Shown here: positions 51,493-60,079 of the stretch, in pieces | Numbering within the stretch: the first letter of the stretch is position 1 | Layout: each line of letters opens with the position of its first letter | Assembly: GCA_963662465.1 (NCBI GenBank) | Contig: OY759599.1 | Coordinates: 3,744,001-3,808,000, forward strand | DNA: 64,000 nucleotides | DNA from: Desulfatiglandales bacterium | GTDB lineage: Bacteria > Desulfobacterota > DSM-4660 > Desulfatiglandales > Desulfatiglandaceae | Direction: 5' to 3' | Program-made: the position numbers and the translations under genes | Notes under the pieces: model-generated | Told to the model about the DNA's origin: nothing | The model's input: only the letters and a program-made list of their open reading frames with translations | Database searches by the model: none

Positions 51493-52122
51493 TCAACCCG
51501 CTACCGCCGTCTGCCATTGACTTCGAACTCTTTCCCTCACCAGATCAAGGTCTTCCAGAAGCCGGCCAACCTGATTGTCTCGAACCCCTTGCTGAACTTT
51601 GAGGGATTTGAGCATGAGCTTAAAGTCTTTGAGTTTTACGGTTTCTCCCTTAAGCAGTAGTTTCTTGAGAGCTGTTTTCAACTCTTCCTGCTCCATCTGA
51701 ATGCGCTTCAGCGCCTGAACGATTCCGGTTTCCCGTTCTTTCTGCCTTTTCAGAATATCTTCCTTGATGATTTCCATATCGTCGAGATTTGGCCGGCCTC
51801 CGGAGACAATAACGTTCCGCAATCGACCGATCATCTCTTTTTCTTCCTTATGGAAATTTTGAAAAACCCTTTCCGCTTCCTCTTCCCTGGCGTTTCGTCT
51901 GGCCGTGAGCCCACTCATCATCCGGTCAAAATCCTTCTTTCGAAGACTTTCCGATTTGGCGAGGTTATCTTTCAATTGAACCATCATCTCTTGCAGTTCC
52001 GTATGAAAGCTTTCCAGGAAATGATAAGCCTGTTCCATGAGATTGTTTACAGTTTTGACGCGCATTTCATAGGAATCAATGATGCTGTTCGCCAGGTTTC
52101 TTAAGTTTTCTTCGGTTACCAC
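51493..52122 (-). CDS. Coiled-coil protein whose N-terminus resembles the GvpC-like protein
   Basis: GTG start with GAGG RBS; ENLRNLANSIIDSYEMRV versus DDLRRLAEEIAGAYEERM. Confidence 0.75.
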   Translation of the reverse strand: MVTEENLRNLANSIIDSYEMRVKTVNNLMEQAYHFLESFHTELQEMMVQLKDNLAKSESLRKKDFDRMMSGLTARRNAREEEAERVFQNFHKEEKEMIGRLRNVIVSGGRPNLDDMEIIKEDILKRQKERETGIVQALKRIQMEQEELKTALKKLLLKGETVKLKDFKLMLKSLKVQQGVRDNQVGRLLEDLDLVRERVRSQWQTAVAG

Positions 52123-52141
52123 TTTTTTTACCTCGTTAAAC

Positions 52142-52223
52142 AAAAAAAACCGCAAATAACTCAGACAATTTGGTCTACCCATACCAACAACGGGAAGGGA
52201 GCATTGTCAGACTTATTTACGGT
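52142..52223 (-). terminator. Long stem plus U8, terminator/attenuator downstream of the gvpA pair
   Basis: ACCGTAAATAAGTCTGACAAT / ATTGTCTGAGTTATTTGCGGT (18/21 Watson-Crick pairs) ending in a T8 run. Confidence 0.55.
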
Positions 52224-52249
52224 CTTCCAGTGGTCTGATGGAGATTTCA

Positions 52250-52330
52250 GATATGCCCAAGACTTTCCTGATGAAATCCTTTGCGTCGGGAGAGGGGTTC
52301 ATGGAACGCCTCTCGGATCTCAAGGATATC
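52250..52330 (-). ncRNA. Candidate structured cis-regulatory RNA motif, copy 1
   Basis: GATATCCTTGAG..CGCAAA..CTTGGGCATATC with internal GAGAGG/CCTCTC hairpin. Confidence 0.5.
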
Positions 52331-52369
52331 CGGCAATCTCCCTTCGATTCTAAATATGCTGCTTAAGAA

Positions 52370-52573
52370 TTACGCGGTCGCGGTAAGCCCCACGGCCTCG
52401 GCATATTTGAGGTATGTCTCAACGCCGGCAACCACGGCCCTTGCTTCGATGGCCAGCAGTTCAATTCCCACGAGAGAAACCCTTGCCCATGCGTCGACGA
52501 CCACGCCCTTATCCAAAATTCTGTCGACTACTTCAGCCAAACTTGCGGATGCCATTGATTTTTCCATTGCCAT
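52370..52573 (-). CDS. gvpA: Major gas vesicle structural protein GvpA (second copy)
   Basis: [63 protein letters not shown]. Confidence 0.98.
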   Translation of the reverse strand: MAMEKSMASASLAEVVDRILDKGVVVDAWARVSLVGIELLAIEARAVVAGVETYLKYAEAVGLTATA

Positions 52574-52641
52574 GATGAATCTCCTTTCATAAATGAGTCA
52601 GGTATGTTGCGTTACGCCCGTTGTGGTACATTAATTGCTTA

Positions 52642-52845
52642 CTATGCGGTCGCGGTAAGTCCCACGGCCTCGGCATATTTGAGGTATGTCTCAACGCCGG
52701 CAACCACGGCCCTTGCTTCGATGGCCAGCAGTTCAATTCCCACGAGAGAAACCCTTGCCCATGCGTCGACGACCACGCCCTTATCTAAAATTCTGTCGAC
52801 CACTTCAGCCAAACTTGCGGATGCCATTGATTTTTCCATTGCCAT
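52642..52845 (-). CDS. gvpA: Major gas vesicle structural protein GvpA (first copy)
   Basis: Protein identical to 52370-52573. Confidence 0.98.
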   Translation of the reverse strand: MAMEKSMASASLAEVVDRILDKGVVVDAWARVSLVGIELLAIEARAVVAGVETYLKYAEAVGLTATA

Positions 52846-52902
52846 GATGAATCTCCTTTCTCATTTTGGGTTTTTCAGTTAAACACGATTGTTTTCTAAG
52901 GA

Positions 52903-52918
52903 TGCATTTGTCGTGCCA
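52903..52918 (-). promoter_or_regulatory. sigma54 promoter of the gvpA operon
   Basis: TGGCACGACAAATGCA (GG-N10-GC) about 57 nt before the gvpA start; AT-rich spacer and palindrome CACCCAA-N7-TTGGGTG (53016-53036) further upstream. Confidence 0.72.
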
Positions 52919-53069
52919 CAACGAGTGTTATTCTTATCTGACCGGATTTGCTATGATATTTTTTGATCCATTTAAATATGTGAGGACTTGGGGCATGAAA
53001 GGGTATGGCATTGAACACCCAATTGGGGCTTGGGTGCCATAAGCTACGTTGAAAGCCGCTTTGACTTTT

Positions 53070-55871
53070 CTATCCCACCCGCAACAAAATGCCTGAGGGA
53101 AGGGATTCCCCGAAGATCCGGCTTTCCTCCTGGCTTGCGACGGGGATCACCTCCTCAAGAACATGAATGTAAGGCGCCGCCCACTCGTGGGGCAAAAGCC
53201 AATCGATAATCTCTTTGATGACCACAGGCGTCACATCCCGTTTTCGGTCTCCGGTAAGTCGAGCCATCTGGGACAGGGCCATACCCACGGGTCGGGGGTT
53301 TTTCCAGTTTTCAGATAGAATGGTTTGGGTCCAGGCCTCAATCACTTGGGGTGAAATGACCCGGTCAATGGGGCCGTAAAGAGGCTCCCGGGCGCCGATC
53401 CTGGACAGGGCCCACCAATGCTGGGGCCGGGCTTTCTTGGGGGACAGGCCTTTGAGCAGCTGTTTTCCCCTGGCGACCTTGTCTTCTTCTGAAATCCGTT
53501 CCAGATTGGCCAGGGTCATCCACATTTCCATTTCTTCCTGGGGGGCAAGATTGGGTTTTTTGCCGCCTTTTTGGGGTTTAACCAGGGATGAAATGCTTAA
53601 GAATACCTGGCGCTGCTGGCTCGCGGAAAGGCCGCCGGCAATTCGACGCCACAACACCCACCATTCCGACCTGACCTGAACATTTTTGACATGGTTGGGC
53701 CCATCACGGAAAAATTTCCACAATTTTTCGATGCGGTGTTCATCCAGCGCATCCCCGAATCCGGGTCTCAGACAAAATCCGATCAAATTGAGCCAACGGC
53801 TTTCGTGTTCAATGCTGAGGTTTCGGGATGAAACCAGGCTCATGAGCTCATCGGCTGCCTGGCGAATAAATCCGAGAGGCCATTTTTCCTTGGGCGTATG
53901 AACCGTTTCCGTGATGCCCTTGATGAGGCTTGCCGGCTGGTTTTTGGCGGCCTCACCCGAAAAGGTCTCCCTGATCAATTGTATGGCCTGGTTCACAACG
54001 GATTCTTCAAAAACCTCCCTATCCGAAACTGGAACAGGCTGCTCCGCGGTACGCAGTTGAAATTGGAAACGCCATCGGTGAGGACTTTTTATGGACTGAC
54101 ACCACAGGGCCAGGGTGCCCATTTCGGTATAATGGGCTTCCATTTTTACGGGAATGGAAACACCCCCCTTGGCTTTTTTTCCGAATTTGATCACCGTGTG
54201 AAGGGGGGGAAGGGTTGTCAAGGTATCATCCACATGAATGACCTTGCCTACCGTGTCTCCCGAGCGAAAACTGGAGCTGTACAGGTGAAAGCGTACCGGC
54301 TGGTTGGCCAGGACGGAAAACTGTTTGTCATGAAGTTCGTTTCGGGTTCCCTCGGGCATGCCCCGTTCCACCAGGCAGACGGCCATGGTGGGATCCCCAT
54401 TGCCGTTCTGATCGCTTTGCGTCGTGTTTTCATCCAAATGAACACCCAGATAATATCCCCTGGCACTGCCGCTGTCCACCTGGACGCCGTATCCCTTTCG
54501 AACCCGTCCGTAATAAGAAGCGCCCAGGGCCACGGCGATATCCGGATCAGGATTGGTCAACATTCGCGGCGGGAATTCTCTCGTATCATGAAAGCGCGTG
54601 GAGACAGCGGCCCGGATACGCTCCTGGAGGATGGCGGGTTTGAGGGCCGCGCCGTTGAACATGATCAGGTCCGGTTCAATGTTATCCCGATCCAGGATTT
54701 CTTTCAGGTCTCCTCGATGCTGTTCCAGAAATCGAATAAGGTGCCGTGTAATGGCGGGGTCCTGGGCGTAGGGAAGGCCGAACTCCGTCATGCCCCGGCG
54801 GGGTTTCAGATCGAGAGATTCCGTAAGGGAGACCAGGGGAAAGAACCCGTCCAGAATAACATCTTCCACGTCCGAACGATTGAGTTTGCTGGTTTTGGTG
54901 CCGGCAATCAGTTTGCGGCCTTCACCGATCAGGGTGATGGTTGCTTCATCTTCAAGCTCTCCCAGGATATTTTCCTTGGCCTGGCGGCACTGGTTGCACA
55001 GGGACTGCCAGCGACCCAGACTTAATTTTTCCTTCCGGTCTCCCTGAAGTCGGCTTTCCGAAAGATGGGCCAGGGCCAGGTCCATGTTGTCCCCGCCCAG
55101 AATCAGGTGGTCCCCCACGGCAATTCTTTCAAATACGGGATGACCCTCTTTCTCCCGCAGGGTAATCAGGGTAAAATCCGTGGTGCCGCCGCCCACATCG
55201 CAGATCAGGATCAATTCTCCGGGGCTGACCAATTGCTCCCATTCCTGTTCGTGAACATCCAGCCAGCTGTAAAAGGCAGCCAGGGGTTCTTCCAGAAGGG
55301 TGATATTGGTGATGCCGGCTTTTGACGCCGCTTCCACGGTCAGGTCCCGGGCCACCTCGTCAAAGGAAGCGGGTACGGTAATCACCACGTCCTGGTTTTC
55401 GAGGCGGGATTCTTCATCATCAACGACGCTATGGTTCCACGCGTCCTTTATGTGCTTTAAATAAGCGGCGGTGACGGTTATGGGAGACCGCTTTTCGCCC
55501 GGGTCGTCCGCGCCCCATGGGAGGATGGGGGCGCTTCGATCCACCTTCCCGTGGCAAAGCCATGATTTGGCGGAAGAGACCATCCGTTTGGGGGATTTCG
55601 CGCCCTGTTCCCGGGCCAGTATGCCCACAAAGTCCCCGTCATGGGCGGCATCCCAGGGCAGGGCCAGGGCGTCGGCGGGAAATTCGTGATCGCTGGGCAG
55701 GTAAAGGAAAGACGGCAGCACCTTCTCCTTTGATATCTCTCCGGGTCCCGTGAGTTGAGGGATTTGAAAATGCCGGATAACCGGCCTTGATCTGTCCTTG
55801 TTTGCGGCGAGATCGATATAGGTAACCGCGGAATTGGTGGTTCCCAGATCTATTCCGATAATATATTTCAT
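53070..55871 (-). CDS. Hsp70-family protein with DUF3731-like C-terminal extension
   Basis: GIDLGTTNS, SSAKSWLCH, TVPASFD, EEPLAAFY, DVGGGTTD, GGDNMD; C-terminal GFCLRPGFG..WRRIAGGL. Confidence 0.9.
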   Translation of the reverse strand: MKYIIGIDLGTTNSAVTYIDLAANKDRSRPVIRHFQIPQLTGPGEISKEKVLPSFLYLPSDHEFPADALALPWDAAHDGDFVGILAREQGAKSPKRMVSSAKSWLCHGKVDRSAPILPWGADDPGEKRSPITVTAAYLKHIKDAWNHSVVDDEESRLENQDVVITVPASFDEVARDLTVEAASKAGITNITLLEEPLAAFYSWLDVHEQEWEQLVSPGELILICDVGGGTTDFTLITLREKEGHPVFERIAVGDHLILGGDNMDLALAHLSESRLQGDRKEKLSLGRWQSLCNQCRQAKENILGELEDEATITLIGEGRKLIAGTKTSKLNRSDVEDVILDGFFPLVSLTESLDLKPRRGMTEFGLPYAQDPAITRHLIRFLEQHRGDLKEILDRDNIEPDLIMFNGAALKPAILQERIRAAVSTRFHDTREFPPRMLTNPDPDIAVALGASYYGRVRKGYGVQVDSGSARGYYLGVHLDENTTQSDQNGNGDPTMAVCLVERGMPEGTRNELHDKQFSVLANQPVRFHLYSSSFRSGDTVGKVIHVDDTLTTLPPLHTVIKFGKKAKGGVSIPVKMEAHYTEMGTLALWCQSIKSPHRWRFQFQLRTAEQPVPVSDREVFEESVVNQAIQLIRETFSGEAAKNQPASLIKGITETVHTPKEKWPLGFIRQAADELMSLVSSRNLSIEHESRWLNLIGFCLRPGFGDALDEHRIEKLWKFFRDGPNHVKNVQVRSEWWVLWRRIAGGLSASQQRQVFLSISSLVKPQKGGKKPNLAPQEEMEMWMTLANLERISEEDKVARGKQLLKGLSPKKARPQHWWALSRIGAREPLYGPIDRVISPQVIEAWTQTILSENWKNPRPVGMALSQMARLTGDRKRDVTPVVIKEIIDWLLPHEWAAPYIHVLEEVIPVASQEESRIFGESLPSGILLRVG

Positions 55872-55893
55872 GAATTATTCATTCTCTTTCTCT

Positions 55894-57723
55894 TCACTCG
55901 TCACTTTCTCTGACATTGAATTCCAGCTTGAACTTTTTGTCATCCTCCTGGGATACACACCACAGCTCCAGGGTACCCACCTCCGTTATCCGGGTTTCGA
56001 GGGTGACCGGAACGATGGCGCCGGGTTCGCCTTCCAGACGGGTTTCAAGGGTGGCAACCGGTTCAATTTCCCCTTCCCAGTCTTCAGCAACCGTGCCCAT
56101 GGCATCGTGATGCCGGGTGTTGGACCCCAGGAATTCAAATTTAACCGGTTCTCCCACCACCAGCCCGAATTCTCTGTTTTGAAGCGCCATTTCCGTCCCT
56201 TCTTCCATGCCGAAGGGCGCTACGCACAGGGCTTTTACGGGAGCGGGAATCCCCGGCACCGCCGGCATCGCCGCTTCCACGCCGATATAGTAGGTTTTGG
56301 CAAGACCGCCGCGGATGCGGATCCCGTTGCCTTTTCTCGCCAGGCCGTAGTAGGCCGCTCCCCGGGCAACGGCCAGATCAAAATCAAGGCTTTCAACCTC
56401 TCTGGGTGCGGGACAACCGGCCTCGGCGGTCCAGGAGGAGAGGATTTCCAGGATCCTGTTTCTCAGGCCTCGCGCTTTCATGACGCCGCCGTTAAAAAGA
56501 ATGGCGGTAGGACAAACAAAGTCGCCCCGAGCTGATCCGGAAGTGTCCTGCTGGTTCAGAAATTGGGCCAGATGATGGCTGATGGCGGGATCCGACGCAT
56601 AGGAGAGACCCATCTCCCGCATGCCGGTTCGGCGGTCCTCCCGGGGGCGGGAATCCCTATTGCATTTCGGGAAAAACCCCTCTTTCAGGACCGATTCGAC
56701 CTGCTCTCGCGTTAATTCGGTTTTGATAGCGCCGCCAATGAGTTTGCTGCCCCGCCCCAGGATGGCAATGGGATAGGATTGTGCTTCTACATTTGAGAAA
56801 AGATGCTCTTTGGCCGATCTGCAACCATAGCAAAGTCCCCGCATCTGGTGCGCATTGAGCTTCTGACCCGTTGCGGCCATTTTGCCGGCGATGTCGTAGG
56901 CCAGGGTCAGGTCCATGTTGTCCCCGCCTACCAGGAGATGCTTTCCGACGGAAATCCGTTCCAGGTTTAAATCGCCCTGAGCTTCGGACACCTTTATGAG
57001 GCTCAAATCGGTGGTTCCGCCGCCCACGTCCGTCACCATGATCAGATCATCTACTTTGATTTTATTTCGCCATTTGCCGCGCGTACTGTCGATCCAGGCG
57101 TAAAATGCAGCCTGGGGTTCCTCCAGCAGGGTGGTTTTGGGAAGTCCCGCCATTTCAGCGGCTTCGATGGTGAGGTTTCGGGCCACTGCGTCAAAGGAAG
57201 CGGGCACCGTCAAAAATATCTCCTGATCCTCCAGGCGCAACCGGTTGTCCTCGCGGGCAAAGGTATAATTCCAGCTTTCCCGGATGTGCCCGAGAATCGC
57301 TGCGGACGCCGCTACCGGCGAGAGTTTTTCCCGGTCGTCGGGTCCTTCCCATGGCAGAATCGGTTTGTTTCGGTCCACGCCGGTGTGACAGAGCCATGAT
57401 TTGGATGATGCGATCATGCGCATGGGGATTTCGGCGCCCCTATCCCGGGCAAAGGTTCCGACGGCCATGTTGCTCTGGGGGTCCCATGGCAGTGCCAGGC
57501 CGCCTTCCGCAACATCATGGGGACCCGGCAGCAGTATGAATGAGGGCAGAATGCTCTTTTCCCCCAGAGAGCCCGATGCCACCAGTTGAGGGATTTTGAA
57601 AATTCGAATATCGGGTTCCCTTTGATCATTTACAGCAGCTTCCGTATAGGCCACCACGCTGTTGGTGGTGCCCAGGTCAATGCCCACCACGTAGGTGGGA
57701 TTTGGATTGGTTTCGTTGGTCAT
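55894..57723 (-). CDS. Atypical Hsp70-family protein
   Basis: GIDLGTTNS, SSKSWLCH, TVPASFD, EEPQAAFY, DVGGGTTD, AVARGAAYYG motifs. Confidence 0.9.
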   Translation of the reverse strand: MTNETNPNPTYVVGIDLGTTNSVVAYTEAAVNDQREPDIRIFKIPQLVASGSLGEKSILPSFILLPGPHDVAEGGLALPWDPQSNMAVGTFARDRGAEIPMRMIASSKSWLCHTGVDRNKPILPWEGPDDREKLSPVAASAAILGHIRESWNYTFAREDNRLRLEDQEIFLTVPASFDAVARNLTIEAAEMAGLPKTTLLEEPQAAFYAWIDSTRGKWRNKIKVDDLIMVTDVGGGTTDLSLIKVSEAQGDLNLERISVGKHLLVGGDNMDLTLAYDIAGKMAATGQKLNAHQMRGLCYGCRSAKEHLFSNVEAQSYPIAILGRGSKLIGGAIKTELTREQVESVLKEGFFPKCNRDSRPREDRRTGMREMGLSYASDPAISHHLAQFLNQQDTSGSARGDFVCPTAILFNGGVMKARGLRNRILEILSSWTAEAGCPAPREVESLDFDLAVARGAAYYGLARKGNGIRIRGGLAKTYYIGVEAAMPAVPGIPAPVKALCVAPFGMEEGTEMALQNREFGLVVGEPVKFEFLGSNTRHHDAMGTVAEDWEGEIEPVATLETRLEGEPGAIVPVTLETRITEVGTLELWCVSQEDDKKFKLEFNVRESDE

Positions 57724-57752
57724 AGCTCACTCTTCACTTTTCACTAAAAAAA

Positions 57753-58493
57753 TCAAGGAATCTCCACTTCCGCGGGTGCAATAACGCCGGGGTCCGGAGA
57801 ACCGGAAAGGGTCGGCAGGTCAAATTTTCCCACCCGCCAGCCCCGGTGTTCCAGAGCGCCCTTGAAGGGCGGTTCTCCGGATACATTGCCCGTCAGCTTT
57901 ATAGCGGAAGCGTCAAAGCCTTTTTCCACCGTAATCTCTTCACCTTCTTCCCGATCGATAACAGCTTCCAGGGACAGATATTTTTTCAGGGCCTTTTGAC
58001 AGTTCTCTTGAATATTTCGAACAGCCGCGCCGATCTGAGCGTCTTCATAGCCCTTAAGGTCTTCCGCCAGAAAATCCACCAGGCGCCCCTCTCTTTGAAG
58101 CAGGCTCAACAGATGCAAGGACCTGCGCTGGTCTTCCCTGGCGCGGACTTCTTTTTCCTCCGGCGTTGGGCGGTGCGGCTGGGCTTTCGTCACTTTTTTC
58201 GGAGTGGGCGCAACGGGTTTGGGCTGCGCCATTTTTGCCAGGCTTCGCCCAATGGAAGCGCGCAGGGTCAACCAGAGGAGGATTCCAAAAATCACCAGGC
58301 TTCCCCCAAGGACCTGCAGGGATAGTATTCCACCGTTTTCCAACAGCAGTATTAACCCTTCCAGGCCAGCTTTCCCCGGAATTTGCTGCTGAATTTTCCA
58401 GTAACTGAAGCCGGCAAGGGCCAGACCCAGCAGAAGAAGCCACACGAATATCCAAAGGGATAATTTGCTTGAGATTTTCTTTTTCGTTTCCAT
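57753..58493 (-). CDS. DUF2760-family membrane protein
   Basis: Two TMs, then LLSLLQREGRLVDFL.ED...DAQIGAAVR..HRGWRV..IAPAEVEI. Confidence 0.85.
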   Translation of the reverse strand: METKKKISSKLSLWIFVWLLLLGLALAGFSYWKIQQQIPGKAGLEGLILLLENGGILSLQVLGGSLVIFGILLWLTLRASIGRSLAKMAQPKPVAPTPKKVTKAQPHRPTPEEKEVRAREDQRRSLHLLSLLQREGRLVDFLAEDLKGYEDAQIGAAVRNIQENCQKALKKYLSLEAVIDREEGEEITVEKGFDASAIKLTGNVSGEPPFKGALEHRGWRVGKFDLPTLSGSPDPGVIAPAEVEIP

Positions 58494-58548
58494 GATTGCA
58501 TCCTTTCTCTTTGCTGAGGTCCTTAAACCCATAAATTCGTCTCAACGT

Positions 58549-59985
58549 TCAATAATTAATGGCCAGACCTTTGACTTTTCGAAGCAATGTTTTGTAATCC
58601 ATTCCCAGCTTTCTAGCCACCCGGCTTTTGTTTCCATTTGATTCCTTCAAAACCGTTCCGATGATTTGTTTTTCCACGGCTTCCACATGGGCGTTGACGA
58701 TTTCCTTGAGGGATTTTCCACCATTAAGCGGCTTTCCGGAAACGGCGTTTGTATTTGTTGATGCAGAGGCAAAAAATGTTTTGTCCCCACATTGCGTGCT
58801 GAACATTAAGTGCTGTCTTTGAATGGGCACATTTTCTTCACAAAGGAGTACGGCCTGGCGGATCACGTTTCGCAGTTCTCGCACATTTCCAGGCCAATGA
58901 TAGGCATCCAGCGATAGCAAGGTTTCCTTGGAGAATCCACCGCATTTTTTGTTCAGCTCTATCTCCACCTCATCCACGAACTTCTTGGCCAGATAGGGGA
59001 TATCCTCCACTCTGTCCTTGAGAGCCGGCATTTTCAGGGAAAATTCATTTAATCGAAAGTACAGATCCGATCTGAAATTCCCCGATTTTATGTCCTTTTC
59101 CAGGGACTGGTTGGTGGCGGCAATGATTCGGACCTTCACGGGCACGGAATTTTTGCCGCCCAACCGCCTGATCATCCGTTCCTGAATCGCCCGAAGAAGT
59201 TTCTGTTGCACGGCATAGGAAAGATTTCCCACCTCGTCCAAAAAAATGGTCCCACCATGGGCCAGCTCAAAATGGCCCGGTTTGTCACTGTCCGCACCGG
59301 TAAAAGCGCCTTTCATGTAGCCGAACAGCTCGCTTTCGATGAGCGTTTCGGGAATGGCGCCGCAGTCCAGGGCCACAAAAGGGCCATCCTTTACGTGGCT
59401 CGCGTTGTGAATGGCGCGGGCAACCAGCTCTTTGCCCGTACCGCTCTCGCCTTCTATGAGAACCGTGAACAGGGTGGGCGCTACCTTTTCCACGTGACGG
59501 ACCAGTTTTTTGATGGGATCGCTGTTCCCCATCAGTTTGTAGAGGAGGGCGCGTTCATTCAGAACCGTTCTCAGATGTTCCACCTCCTGCACCAGATCCT
59601 GTTTTTCCAGGGCCCGTTTGATAGTAAACAGGAGATCGTTGTTGTCAATGGGCTTTGTAACGTAATCGTAAATGCCCATTTTCATGGCCTGGACTGCGGA
59701 ATCAACTTCCGCATAGGCCGTGATCATGACGATGGGCACCGCCGGTATTTTCCGCTTTATCTCAGCACTGACCGTTAATCCGTTCTCCCCGGGCATCCGA
59801 TAGTCCATGAGTACCAGGTTGGGGATATCCCTTTCCAGAAAGTTCAGCGCTTCATGGCCGTTCACCGCATCAATACATTGGTATCCTATGGCGCCCAGGA
59901 TATTCCCCATGGCCCATCGAAAGTCTTCGTCGTCATCCACCACCAGTATTTTGATTTTGGGTTTAATTTCCGTTTCAGCGGTCAT
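58549..59985 (-). CDS. sigma54-dependent response regulator, paralog of 31355-32773
   Basis: REC domain, GESGTGKE, GAFTGA, WPGNVREL, HTH ..LGMDYKTLLRK. Confidence 0.93.
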   Translation of the reverse strand: MTAETEIKPKIKILVVDDDEDFRWAMGNILGAIGYQCIDAVNGHEALNFLERDIPNLVLMDYRMPGENGLTVSAEIKRKIPAVPIVMITAYAEVDSAVQAMKMGIYDYVTKPIDNNDLLFTIKRALEKQDLVQEVEHLRTVLNERALLYKLMGNSDPIKKLVRHVEKVAPTLFTVLIEGESGTGKELVARAIHNASHVKDGPFVALDCGAIPETLIESELFGYMKGAFTGADSDKPGHFELAHGGTIFLDEVGNLSYAVQQKLLRAIQERMIRRLGGKNSVPVKVRIIAATNQSLEKDIKSGNFRSDLYFRLNEFSLKMPALKDRVEDIPYLAKKFVDEVEIELNKKCGGFSKETLLSLDAYHWPGNVRELRNVIRQAVLLCEENVPIQRQHLMFSTQCGDKTFFASASTNTNAVSGKPLNGGKSLKEIVNAHVEAVEKQIIGTVLKESNGNKSRVARKLGMDYKTLLRKVKGLAINY

Positions 59986-60008
59986 AGCGATGCTCGGTTG
60001 TTTTGTCC

Positions 60009-60077
60009 TGTTTTACCATGAAAATACAGCCATTAGCTGTTAGCCGTTAGCTTAAAAGCGGTAGATGTTATTTTCAT
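60009..60077. repeat. Dispersed ~70-bp MITE-like repeat, copy 2
   Basis: Matches 16947-17022 with one fewer 7-bp unit. Confidence 0.75.
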
Positions 60078-60079
60078 GT

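Noticed and set aside
52250..52330. c-di-GMP-I riboswitch, suggested by GACGCAAAG
   Set aside because: The GGCAAAC start, GNRA tetraloop and receptor helix are missing, and the second copy keeps only CGCAAA.
52370..52860. gvpA duplication as an assembly artefact
   Set aside because: The copies differ only at silent positions and have distinct flanks.
53898..55025. 375-aa + strand ORF and similar long antisense ORFs (e.g. 10897-11667, 36380-37150, 55834-56535)
   Set aside because: These are shadow frames opposite well-supported genes, with no recognisable motifs.
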